Below, piece by piece: positions 1 through 12,786 of a stretch of 64,000 nucleotides of DNA. Each line of letters opens with the position of its first letter. The stretch's first letter is position 1. Source of the stretch: Piromyces finnis finn. Its lineage: Eukaryota; Fungi; Neocallimastigomycota. The position numbers and the translations under genes were made by a program. Where the stretch lies: NCBI GenBank assembly GCA_002104945.1, contig MCFH01000003.1:620001-684000 (forward strand), written 5' to 3'. Under the pieces are notes generated by a model. That model was not told the DNA's origin. It did no database searches and was given only the letters and a program-made list of their open reading frames with translations.

Positions 1-722
1 AATGGAATTGCAATATCTTCACATATTGGATTTAATATATCATCAGAATAATGAACTGGTTGAAGATTTGGACAAGGTGGAGTATATAATGACCATTCTT
101 CAATAGTAGTATCAGTATTATTATCAAGAGCTTTATTTATCATTCCATCCATTATATATTGATTTACATCCACACCATATCTATCATAAAGTGGTTTCTT
201 TTTTATAATATGATTTTCTGTATATGTTTGTTCAATAACATAACCAGGGCCTAATGATGAAAGATCATTATTATTCTTTTCATTTTCATTATTATCTATA
301 GTATTTTCGGAATCTTTATTAGCATTATCTTTAATATTCTTATTCATTTCATTTTTATTTTCTTCAACTCTAGTTATTTCATCTTTATTATTATTTTCAA
401 TTTCATTACCATTTTTGTCTTCATTTCCTGAATTTATATTGCTGTTATTATTTTCAATTTCATTACCATTTTTGTCTTCATTTCCTGAATTTATATTGCT
501 GTTATTATTTTCATCCTCACTTTTACCATTTTTATATAATAGAAAATTACTATTGGTTTGTTTTTCTTTACTATTTATATCTCTAAAATTAATAGTACCT
601 TCGTTTTTTGAATTATTAAAACTCTGATATATCTGAAAAGCTAGTATCATAGTTAATAATATCATTATTATTAACTTTTTTTTCCTTAATATTTTAGCTA
701 AACTTATATTCCTATACGCCAT
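1..722 (-). CDS. GT17-family glycosyltransferase paralog 1, 5' part (runs off the window start)
   Basis: ATG at 722 opens MAYRNISLAKILRKKKLIIMILLTMILAFQIYQSF (signal anchor) followed by a low-complexity stalk. Nt 1-246 are identical to 6848-7093 of the intact GT17 gene. Absent from the ORF track because there is no stop inside the window. Confidence 0.85.
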   Translation of the reverse strand, partial: MAYRNISLAKILRKKKLIIMILLTMILAFQIYQSFNNSKNEGTINFRDINSKEKQTNSNFLLYKNGKSEDENNNSNINSGNEDKNGNEIENNNSNINSGNEDKNGNEIENNNKDEITRVEENKNEMNKNIKDNANKDSENTIDNNENEKNNNDLSSLGPGYVIEQTYTENHIIKKKPLYDRYGVDVNQYIMDGMINKALDNNTDTTIEEWSLYTPPCPNLQPVHYSDDILNPICEDIAIP

Positions 723-1329
723 TCCTTTATTTTCAAAAATTTAAGAATATTTTTACAATAAATACAAATTAATTACAGATTCTAAAGTAGATAAAGTATA
801 ACTAAGCTAAAAATTAATATTGTATTAGCTTTAACTTAATAATATTAATCTACTTATATTAGACAATAACTTAATTTGATTAAACTATAATCAAAAAAAA
901 AAAATATTTATCCTAAAATAATTCTTTATAATAAAAGCAATTTTAAATACTTTTATATTATATTTATATTTTAAATATATATTTTTTTACCTTTTTTTTC
1001 TCATAATGAAATAATGAAATATTAGTTAAATTATATCAATTATTTTAACCAATAATCAATAGTATTCTATTTTTATCCCTGGATAAATTCTTTATAAAAT
1101 TTTAACTATTTTATGTTTTAACTGTCTTAACTTGGTACTTCCTTTCAGGATTCTTTCTATTCTATTTAACTGTTAATATTTATGCTTTTTTCACCAATGA
1201 AAAATATATATGTACTTTTTGTAAAAACATTGAAATAATAACACATTAATATTTATTATATTATCATTTAACTAATCTGCTATTTAAGCTAAAAGAATTA
1301 TTTAAATTTAATTATTACCCACCTGTTTA

Positions 1330-1521
<192 letters not shown>

Positions 1522-2048
1522 ACTAATATTAATATGCCTTATATGCATTCCAATTAGAATATTTTACACTACAGATATTATTCAAATTATTCAATATGAG
1601 ATAATAAGTTAACTATTATTAGATTATTAGATTCTTTGATTACATTCTTATAGCTAAATAAGATTATACTTATTCATGTAGTTACAAGAGTGTATATACA
1701 AAAATAATTAAAAATATATGATTATTTAAAACTTAACTTTTTCTTAGATGTTTTTTAATTTATAATGTTAATTATAATCTCTACTTATTGTTTTTGGGAA
1801 TAATTATTATATTTATTATTTTAATCTTTATTGTTTTTTCAATTATCAAAATTCAAAAAAATATATATATAATGTAAAATTATTTTGTTCTATCACTAAA
1901 ATTTAAAAAAAAAATTAATAATAAATATTTATAAAAAAAAATATGAAAAATAGATAACTACTCTTATTTCAATTTAATCATCGTAATATAGTATAAAAAT
2001 TAAATTATCTATCTATTATACTAAAATCTATTATAATTTTTCTACATT

Positions 2049-3525
2049 TTACAATAATTTTTTTATACTTCTTTTGACAAAATGAGGTTTAATATCATCC
2101 AAAATTGTACTAATATAATATGATTAAAATCAATATTTTTCATAATTATTTATATTACTTTTCGAAATCTTCATTTATGTTATTTTCAATATCATCATTA
2201 TTTTCTTTTTCATCATTTTCATCACCATCATCTTCTTCATTTATTTCATCATCATTATCATTTTCATCACAATCTTCTTCAGTTTCATCATCTTTATTAT
2301 TTTCTTCTTCATCAACAGTTTCATCATTTTTATTGTTTTCAATTTCATTAACACCTTCACCGCCATTATCTTCTTCATTTATTTCATCTTCATTTTCATC
2401 ATCTTTGTTGTTTTCGATTTCATTAACACCTTCATCGCCATTATCTTCTTCATTTATTTCATCATCATTATCATTTTCATTATCATTTTCATCACAATCT
2501 TCTTCAATTTCATCATCTTTATTATTTTCTACTTCATCAACAGTTTCATCATCTTTATTGTTTTCAATTTCATTCTCGTTTTCATCATTTTTATTGTTTT
2601 CAATTTCATTAGCATCTTCACCGCCATTATCTTCTTCATTTATTTCATCATCATTATCATTTTCATTATCATTTTCATCACGATCTTCTTCAGTTTCATC
2701 ATCTTTATTATTTTCTTCTTCATCAACAGTTTCATCATTTTTATTGTTTTCAATTTCATTAACATCTTCACCGCCATTATCTTCTTCATTTATTTCATCT
2801 TCATTTTCATCATCTTTATTGTTTTCAATTTCATTAACACCTTCATCGCCATTATCTTCTTCATTTATTTCATCATCATTATCATTTTCATTATCATTTT
2901 CATCACAATCTTCTTCAATTTCATCATCTTTATTATTTTCTACTTCATCAACAGTTTCATCATTTTTATTATTTTTAATTTCATTAACTTCTTCATCACC
3001 ATCATTATCGTCTTTATTTATTTCATTTTCATCTTTTAAATTTTCGTTGATATTAATTTCGATACTGTCCTCATCGTCAGATTCATCATTTTTGTTGTTA
3101 TTAAATTCGATATTATTTTCATCTTCAGATTCATCATTTTTGTTGTTATTAAATTCGATATTATTTTCATCTTCAGATTCATCATTTTTGTTATTATTAA
3201 ATTCGTCATCATCTGCAACATCATTTGCATTTGCTTCTTCATCTTCTACCCCGAATTCAACCTCTAAGCCATTTTCATATATCTTATACTTATTTTCATT
3301 ATTATCAACCTTAAGTTCATTGGCAATACCTTTTTCATATAACAAGGAATTACTATTGATTTGTTCCCTTTTATCATTTATATTTCTAACATCAATAGTG
3401 CCTGTTATTTCATAGTTTTTAAAACTATGACATATCTGAAAAACAAGTACTATAGTTAATAATATCATTATTATTAACTTTTTTTTTTTTAATATTTTGG
3501 TTAGACCTATATTCCTAATTGCCAT
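2049..3525 (-). CDS. GT17-cluster paralog 2: signal anchor plus long acidic D/E/N repeat stalk, no catalytic domain
   Basis: ORF 2155..3525; N-terminus MAIRNIGLTKILKKKKLIIMILLTIVLVFQ is homologous to paralog 1. A possible 49-nt GT..AG intron (2158-2110) would add the last exon NTILDDIKPHFVKRSIKKLL* (stop 2049-2051). Confidence 0.65.
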
Positions 3526-4854
3526 GTTCTTATTTTTACAATATATATTTTTATTAATAAATATTAATAGTTATATATTTAGAGTAGATATAATACAACT
3601 AAACTAAAAACTTGTTATGTTTTTTATAATATAATTTTATATTCTTTTTCTATAAAAAAAAAAAAAAAAGTTTTTTGGGTATATTATATATAAATATCGT
3701 TTTTTTTTATTATTATTTATTATTGTTATCATTCTTTTTTTTTCCCACAATTAAAGTAGTTAAATTATTAATTAATAGTTTTATTTTCTTTTTATTTGTA
3801 TATTATATAATTATACCACAAAATTAATTTTAAAAATATACCAATTCAACCATTACATATATTAATTATTTTTAAAAGAAATTCTTTTATGTACTAATTA
3901 CCAATTAAAAATGTTAACTAAATACATCATTAAGAAAATTTTTAATTCTATTTCTGCTACTACATCTATTTTTTATATAAATGTAGTAGCATGATTTATT
4001 TAATAAATTTTACATTATGTATACATAATTAAATTTATACTATTATTAATTATATGATAATTATCTATAAATAGTTCAAAAAATCATTATAAATCAAAAG
4101 GGTATATTTTGAAAATATAGACTTTTTTCAAATAATAATTAAAATATAATGCAATGCTAAAAGTAATTTATAATTCATGTATCATTTCATTGTCTTATTT
4201 TATTTTTAAGTATATTTTTATCTTTAACCGACTTCTCTTTAATAAACATTAATTACTATATGTTTTATTCATATTTCTCTAAAATAATTGATGGTATTTA
4301 TTTTCAAATGAATTTTTTCTAAATTAATTTAATATAGTTTTTATAAAATATTTATTTAATGATTATTTTATTTAAGAACTTTATAAAGTCTTTTATTTTT
4401 AAAATTAGTATAAAAATGATATTCATTTAATGAAATTTAAATATGAAATCAAAATTATATATAAAATTAAAAAATATTATCATAATTATTATAGTATAAT
4501 AATAGATTTATTTAAAATAAAGAAAAAATACTTTTGAAAAAATACTTTTGAATATTATTTATAATATATTTTTTAAAAATAATATTTTGTCATCAGAGTT
4601 TTTATAAAATAAATTTTAATAAATAAAATAAGTAATTATAATAATAATTACTAATATACAAACACAAAGGATAGTAATAATTTTCATTACTTTCAAATAT
4701 ATTAGAAAGTCGTTAGTGAATATTAAATAATGAAAATAACAATTATCATTATTTAACTTAAAATTTGTCAATAAAAAAAAAAAGGATTTAAATGAATGTA
4801 CTGTTGTAAAAAAAAAAAAAAAAAATCCAATATTTTTTTTTTTTCATAAATCAT

Positions 4855-7821
4855 TCATCTTTTCTTATCGTTTTGTCTAAATGGTGTAATTTCATTTAAT
4901 ACAGTATTATTTAATTGATTAAAATCTACAGTGCTCCATTCTTCTTTTGGAATAACTTCCCACCATAGCCGTTTACTTAGACCATAATCACGATCAAGCA
5001 TATAGGAATAACAAATTGGATTTTCCCATACTTGACGTGGCATTTCATGAAGAATTAAATGATTTAATTTTTTTAAGGTACGACTTTTACGATTTCCTTT
5101 AGATTCTCTTTGGATGTCTTTCCATAATTTATAACTATATAAATTAGGAACTTTCTCATTTTCAGTTTCTGGGAGTTTCACATTAATGGTTGGTATTGGT
5201 GAATTATTCCCAAAAATGTAAAGATGTTTATGAATTCTTTGCAATATTATTCCTTTTTGTTTTTCATAACTTAACTCTCTAAAAAAATTAAAATGAGAAT
5301 ATGACTTTAATTTATTAATAAAATTTGGCATATTAGGAAGGAAAGAACTCATGTGCCATCCACTCTTGTAAAATGCAATTTGATTATCTTTGGTTTCTTT
5401 CCTAGGTTTTGTAGCAAATCTTAAATATTCTCCCAATAATCCTTCTCCATTTTTATCTGGAGTATCATTATCAGTATATGTATACCCCTGATATGGATCA
5501 ATTCCCATAGCCTTTTCATTATCAGTATAATCTTTTAAAATTTTGTTTTCTTCATCTTTTCTGTATTTGTCATTATTTTCATTTTTATTATATTTAATGT
5601 CATAAATATTATTACCATCTTCTTCGCTATTATTGTCATTATTATTAGTATTATCTTCAATAATATCAATATTTTTTTTATCACCTACTCCTCTATTTTC
5701 ATTATTTCCAATGTTGCTTTTGCTTATGTTATATTCGTTTTTAGTATCATCAATGTCATTTTTATCAACTATTACATCTTTATTATAATTATTTTCGAAA
5801 TTATTTCCATAAAAGTTATCATTAATTTCAATATCATCCGTTTTTATTTCATTTCGCTTAACAAGATGATGTTGTTTTGCATATTTCTTTAAATTATATT
5901 TATTTCCGCTTGGAGTATATTGAGGATATTGTCCTAATGATCTTCTAGCATCAAAAATTGCTATATTAGGATGAAATATAACACCAATTTGTTTATTGAT
6001 GACCATATTGAAAGAATACTCATAAAAGTAACTATTAAAAGCAAGAGAAGGGAAAACATCATAATCAACTAAATATTTTCCCATTCTTGATTTTGCTATA
6101 GGTAAGGATTTATCTCGAATATAACTTTTAACATTAGGATCTGCCATGGATTCTGGTGCTCCACCAAATCCCATTTGTAAATGTTCCCATCCTCCACATT
6201 TTTTAAGGTAGGAAAGTAATCGTGCTTTAGGCATTTCATCTAAATCTCCATGGAAAAATAAATCTCCATGTCGAGCATTAACTGCTCGTAATCCTTTTTC
6301 AATTACTTGTCTTCTTGCTAAATGTTCTCTTGGAAAGGCTGGCCCTCTAGGGTGAGCTTTTTTCATTTCTAAAACCGGAAGGGTTACCGGAATAATTTTG
6401 TCTCTAAATTTTTCATATCTATTAGTTTCAAGAAGTGTTCTTGTTAAATAAAGTGGCTTTTTATATCCTGAAAATGTACAATTGGATTCATAGATAATGA
6501 AATAATCGACAATTTCGTAAAATTCTGATAAATACACATCTAATAATTCAAATTCTGAATTAAATAAAATCATACTAAACAATCTTCTTCTTCTTGGATC
6601 TGGGACTTTATCCATTGGACTTTTTATTACTTTACTGTAATAGTCACCATCATTATTTTCTTTAATATCATAATATCCATAGTCAAAAGGGTGATACGTT
6701 TCGCTTAACATTTCTTTAATAGTTGCATTTTTATAATTTGGAACATTTCCATCTGTTTCTTTCCATTCTTTAAATTTTTTCATTTGTGAAGTAATACTAC
6801 TAAGTCTTAAAGTGTATGGTATCCTAGTATTATCTTTAATCTTATTAAATGGAATTGCAATATCTTCACATATTGGATTTAATATATCATCAGAATAATG
6901 AACTGGTTGAAGATTTGGACAAGGTGGAGTATATAATGACCATTCTTCAATAGTAGTATCAGTATTATTATCAAGAGCTTTATTTATCATTCCATCCATT
7001 ATATATTGATTTACATCCACACCATATCTATCATAAAGTGGTTTCTTTTTTATAATATGATTTTCTGTATATGTTTGTTCAATAACATAACCACGACCCA
7101 ATGATAAAACTTTAACTTTCTTTTTTTTATTATATTTGTTCTTACTTTTATTATCATTACCTTTATTTTTAGTTTTATTTTTTTGAGTTTTCTTATTATT
7201 GGATTTTATCCCATTGTCATTTACAGCATTTAATATATCAATTACTTTTTCTTCCTCAATATCATTTTCTTTAATTTTATTATTTTTATTATTGTCATTA
7301 TCATTATGAATAAACTTAATTTTGTTATCAACTTCATTTAATATATCAATAACTTTTTCTTCCTCAACATTATTTTCTTTGATTTTATTATTTTTATTGT
7401 CAGGGATTTCATATTTATAATTGTCATTATTATTATTAATAATCTTAATTTCACTTTCAATTTCATTTAATACATTAATAACTTTTTTTTCCTCGACATT
7501 ATTTTCTTGGATTTTATTATTTTTATAGTCAGGGATTTTATTTTTATTATTGCTACTTTCATTATAAATAAGTTTAATTTCATTATCTACTCCATTAGCT
7601 TTAAATGAATTATTCTGTTCATCTATTACTGTTTTATTACCTATAACAGTGTCATTAACATATTTAATATTTTTTCTATGAAATGAATCTGTTATATCCG
7701 AATTGTATAAACTATATTTTAGTTGAATTATAAGTAACGCAACTAAAATTAAAATAAAAATATTTTTTTTTCTACATAATATTTTGATTAAAGATAATTC
7801 AATTCTACTGTGAGCTGTCAT
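4855..7821 (-). CDS. GT17-family (MGAT3/GnT-III-like beta-1,4-N-acetylglucosaminyltransferase) glycosyltransferase, intact, intronless
   Basis: 988 aa with a type II signal anchor and N-rich stalk; GT17-like motifs FNSEFELLDVYLSEFYEIVDYFIIYESNCTF, HGDLDEMP and GWHMSSF. Confidence 0.85.
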   Translation of the reverse strand: MTAHSRIELSLIKILCRKKNIFILILVALLIIQLKYSLYNSDITDSFHRKNIKYVNDTVIGNKTVIDEQNNSFKANGVDNEIKLIYNESSNNKNKIPDYKNNKIQENNVEEKKVINVLNEIESEIKIINNNNDNYKYEIPDNKNNKIKENNVEEEKVIDILNEVDNKIKFIHNDNDNNKNNKIKENDIEEEKVIDILNAVNDNGIKSNNKKTQKNKTKNKGNDNKSKNKYNKKKKVKVLSLGRGYVIEQTYTENHIIKKKPLYDRYGVDVNQYIMDGMINKALDNNTDTTIEEWSLYTPPCPNLQPVHYSDDILNPICEDIAIPFNKIKDNTRIPYTLRLSSITSQMKKFKEWKETDGNVPNYKNATIKEMLSETYHPFDYGYYDIKENNDGDYYSKVIKSPMDKVPDPRRRRLFSMILFNSEFELLDVYLSEFYEIVDYFIIYESNCTFSGYKKPLYLTRTLLETNRYEKFRDKIIPVTLPVLEMKKAHPRGPAFPREHLARRQVIEKGLRAVNARHGDLFFHGDLDEMPKARLLSYLKKCGGWEHLQMGFGGAPESMADPNVKSYIRDKSLPIAKSRMGKYLVDYDVFPSLAFNSYFYEYSFNMVINKQIGVIFHPNIAIFDARRSLGQYPQYTPSGNKYNLKKYAKQHHLVKRNEIKTDDIEINDNFYGNNFENNYNKDVIVDKNDIDDTKNEYNISKSNIGNNENRGVGDKKNIDIIEDNTNNNDNNSEEDGNNIYDIKYNKNENNDKYRKDEENKILKDYTDNEKAMGIDPYQGYTYTDNDTPDKNGEGLLGEYLRFATKPRKETKDNQIAFYKSGWHMSSFLPNMPNFINKLKSYSHFNFFRELSYEKQKGIILQRIHKHLYIFGNNSPIPTINVKLPETENEKVPNLYSYKLWKDIQRESKGNRKSRTLKKLNHLILHEMPRQVWENPICYSYMLDRDYGLSKRLWWEVIPKEEWSTVDFNQLNNTVLNEITPFRQNDKKR

Positions 7822-8449
7822 ATTCTTATATTCATAATATTAATTAATATACTTTTTTCTAAATTCAATATACTTTATTTTTAATGTTAATAATATTTAA
7901 AATATATATATATTATTATAGAACAATTTATTTAAATTTAATGAAATTTATAACTTTTAAATCATTTTTTTTTTCACATAAAAAAAAAATTGTAGAAAGA
8001 TATTTTATTTTTATATATATATAATATATATTATATTATATTAAATATTTGTCAAGCCATATTATGTAAAGATTTTTCTTTAATTAAAAAATTGTATCTT
8101 CCATTTATTTTTTATTAAATTTATATTTATAATAAAATATTTTTAATACTAAAAGTTTTAAGTTTATTACAATGAAATATGAAGTTTTTTTTTTTTGTAT
8201 TTTAATTTTAATACCTTTTTATAATTTAATATTATAGTATTACTTTTAGACGGTTTAATATCAAATAACATTTAATAAAAAATGTTTATGTATAAAAAAT
8301 TTTCTTACTTCCAATTGGTGAAAAAAATCATAAAAGTTTTATCCACTTCTTTATAACCGATTATATTCTTTTTTTTTTTTTTTTTTTTCTATAATGTTAA
8401 GAAATATCATTTAAGATTTCTAATAGAACTTATACAGAATTTCATTTTC

Positions 8450-8482
<33 letters not shown>

Positions 8483-8996
8483 GAATTATATATAAAAAAA
8501 TGATTTTGAAAAGTACTTTGTAATAATATAATACATCACTCGTTAATCACCATGAAAATTGATATTATTTTCAATATCAATATCTGAGGAAAGATAAAAA
8601 TGTTAATAAAAACTCATTCAGATTTCAATTTATATAAATATTGCCTCTTTTACACTATCTTTGTCAATGAATGCTAATACATAATAAAAATAAAAATAAT
8701 GAATATGTGCCCTGTATATTATAAAATTATTATGCAATTTGAAATGTTATATTTAAAATAAATATAAAAAAATGCTAAAAAAAAATTTATTTACTTTATT
8801 AAAGCTACATGACAATTCATATTTGAAAATTTAAATTTTTATTTATAAATATTTACATTTAATTACTTCTATTATATATATTATATATACATGTTAAATA
8901 ATGATATCTTTTACTATGTTATAATAAATTTCATAAATAAATAATGAATTAAAATCTATTTATTTGTTTGTATGTTTCTTTTTTTTTTTTAGTTTT

Positions 8997-11605
8997 CTAA
9001 TTTTTGTCATCATAGATAACTTGATTTTTTGAATTAAGTTTGAGTGAAAATTTTTTCAAAATGGTATTATTTAATTTACTAAAATCTATAGTTGACCATT
9101 CTTCTTTTGGTACTATTTCCCACCATAATTTTTTGGTAAATCCAAAGTTACGATCAAGCATATATGAATAGCAAATAGGATTTTGCCATACCTGCTGTGG
9201 AATTTCATGAAGAACATGATTACTTAATTTAATAAGTTTTTTACTTCTTCCTGTTTCTTGAATTTCTTCTTTTATATTTTGCCATGTTTGATAGCTATAG
9301 ATTTCTGGAAATTTTTCTTCTTTAGTACGTGGTAATTTAACTTTCACTGTTTCCATAGGTAAATTGTTATTACCAAATATATATAGATTTTTGTGAATAC
9401 GATCAATCATTTCTTTCTTCTTTTCTCTATCCGTCATATCATTATATGCATTATAATGAGAATAGGATGCTACTTTATTAAAGAAATGTTTAATATTTGG
9501 AAGGAAAGAACTTCAATGCCATCCACTTTTCCAAAATCCAACCATATTTCTATCTTTTAGCAATTTTTTATTTTTCCCATATATTTTTGTTCTAAACCTC
9601 ATAAATTCACCTAAAAATCCTTTACCTAGGTAATCGTCATTTGTATTATCAGAATAAGAATATCCTTTATATGGATCAAACATTGTTGTATTAAATATAG
9701 AATTTTCAATACTCCTCTTTTCATCTTCATTGATATCTTTATAATCATTATCTTCTTTATCATTATTTTCATCATCAACAAAACTCCTATAATCAATGTA
9801 TTCATTCTCATAATCATTATTTTCATCTTCATCATTACCTTCAATATCGTTACTACCATTTTCAGTTTTATTATCATAATAGCCATCATACTCATTATCA
9901 ACTTCATTAATATTTTCTATTTCATCATTCTCAAATTCATTTTCATTTTCTATATAGCTTCTTTTGGAGTAATGTTTTATATTATTTATATCAAATTTTG
10001 TTCCATCATTATTAAATTTTGGATATTGTCCTAATGCTTTTCTAGCATCAAAAATTGCAATATTAGGATGAAATAAATTACTTAAGTGTCTGTTTTCAAT
10101 CATATGAAAAGAATATTCGTAAAAAAATATTGAAAATCCAATGGAGTCTTTCAATGAATAATCTATTTTATATTCACCCACTCTATTTGTTGAAACAGGT
10201 AAAGTTTTATCATGAATATAACTTTTTGTATTTGGGTTATTTATAGGTTTTGGACCTCCACCAATACCCATTTGTAAATGTTCCCATCCTCCACATTTTT
10301 TAAGATATGAGGTAAGTCTAGGTCTTGGAACTTCATCTAAATCTCCATGGATAAAAAGATCTCCATGACGAGCATTAACTGCTCTTAATCCCTTTTCAAT
10401 AACTTCTCTTCTTGCTAAATGTTCCCTAGGAAAGCCTGGTCCTCTAGAATTATAATTTTTTAACTCTAATACAGGAAGAGTTACAGGAATAATTTTATCT
10501 CTAAATTTTTCATATCTATTAGTTTCAAGAAGTGTTCTTGTTAAATAAAGTGGCTTTTTAAATCCAGAAAATGTAGAATTAGACTCATAAATAATGAAAT
10601 AATCAAATATTTCATAAAATTCAGCAAGATAAAGATCCAACAACTCAAATTCTGAATTAAATAAAATCATACTAAATAGTCTTCTTCTTCTTGGATCTGG
10701 TACTTCATCCATTGGACTTTTAACTACTTTACTATAATAATCTTCATCTTCATTCTTTTCATATTTATAATAGCCATAGTCAAACGGATGATAATCATCG
10801 TTTACTAATTCTTCCATATTGGCATCTTTGTAATTTGGAAGTTTACTATCAAATTTTCTAAATTCTTCTCATCTCTTCATTTGAGTAGTTATATTACTAA
10901 GTCTCATGGTTAATGGTAAATTATAAAAGTTAGTACCTTTACTGGTAACTTTATAAAATGGTAATGCAATATCCTCACATACAGGATCCAATACATCTTT
11001 TGAGTAATGAACTGGATGAAGATTTGGACATGGTGGAGTATATAAATCCCAATCTTCAATAGTTGCGTCGGTGTTATTGTTAATTGCTTTATTGATCATT
11101 CCATCAATAATATATTTATTTAAATCAATACCATAACGATCATAGTAAGGTTTTTTCTTAATGATATTTACTACACTGTAGGATTCATGAATTTTAAATT
11201 TATTTTCCTTTTTTTTACTATTTTTGTTATGATTGTATTTTGGTCTTGATTTATGTTTTGGTTTATTTTTTGATTTTGATCCTTGTTTTGAGTTTACTTT
11301 TCCTTTACCTTTTTTATTCCTATTTCCTCTGCCTTTTATTTTTTTTGCTCTTTATTAGAACCCTTTAATAATTTTGAATGATTTTCAATTCCATTGTCTC
11401 TATTTCTATTTTCAACAATATTAATATCTTTGTCATTTACCATTACATTTTTTATTGATTTAATTAAATTTACATTTTTAGGAATAATATTATTTTCTTT
11501 TTTATATATATATCCTAAAGAAAATAATACTAATAAAATTAAAGGAAATACAATTAAATGTATTTTACTAAAATGCTTAATACTTTGTTTTGCTTTGTGC
11601 TTCAT
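8997..11605 (-). pseudogene. Disrupted GT17 paralog 4
   Basis: Four ORF pieces are collinear with the intact paralog. Lesions: one frameshift in an A8 run (11339-11346) and two in-frame TGA codons (10869-10871, 9513-9515). Confidence 0.8.
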
Positions 11606-12786
11606 TATATAAAAAAGATTATTTTATAGAATGTAAAATGTAAATATAATAATTCAAAGATTTAAAAATATGATTTGTATATACAATATTTTTATTTATT
11701 GAAATAATATACTGATATAAATTACATTTAACTATTATAATAAATAAATTTTAATAATATTATTTTTATTATATATCTTATTACTTCATACTATTCAATT
11801 AAAAAAAAATAAAATAAAATATAAAGAAAAAGAGGTAGGAAATAATGAAATTTAAAAATAAAAAGTGATTTAACTATATATTACTAGAAATTCGACTCAA
11901 ATATAAAATTATTAAATAATAATAAAAATTAGCATCTAATCTTTGAGCTTAACCTTTTTTTTTAAAAAAGAAAGAGGTAAATTATATCTAGACTAAAAAA
12001 CACTTAAATTCTATAATTTTTAAGATTTTATTTAATTAAATTTTTACCAAAATAAATAAACTTTGGAGAATTTAATTATTTTATCATCAATAATAATACA
12101 AATAATACATAGATGAAAGAAAAAAAACATTAATGCCTTTTCAAAATGCCATTCATAGATTTGGCAGTTAATAATAAAAAATATATATATAATTAATAAT
12201 TAATAAATGAGAATAAATAATAATATAAACATTTTTATATTAACAATTTTAAAATTGACAAATATTTTATAAATATATAACTATATTCTATTTTTAATCA
12301 TAGTTTATTTATTATCTATAAAGTTTTGCCTTTTTTATTTTCAACTTATTTTTGGAGAGATTTTATTTCTTATAAAGCGGTTTAATGAATCCGAATTGAT
12401 TGAAATTCAGTTTTTTATTTGGTAAAATGAATAAATCATGAGATAATAATATTATAGGATTATTTTTACATTAGTAACTTATTATCTGCTATATATTTTT
12501 ATTAATATATATTATAATATTGTTTAGTATACTTTTTATTTTATTCTTTTTTTATTTTTATTTTTATTTTTAATAAAATTATCTTCTTTTATTCTTTTAT
12601 AAATACACTTATTTATATTAATTAGAATACAATTATGATAAAAACTGTAATAATATTACTAATTGTTAAATTTTTATAAGTATTTTATATATATATCTAT
12701 AAAATATTATATTTTATTTAATAGATTTACATGATTTACTACTATTATTATTTTATATTATACTTTTATTAATAAATTTATATATT

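Noticed and set aside
2120-3415. 431-aa Ser/Phe-rich ORF on the + strand
   Set aside because: Antisense shadow of the D/E/N repeat gene.
9513-9515. Selenocysteine at GWH*S of GT17 paralog 4
   Set aside because: The gene has another TGA and a frameshift, no SECIS was recognised, and TGA serves as a normal stop nearby.
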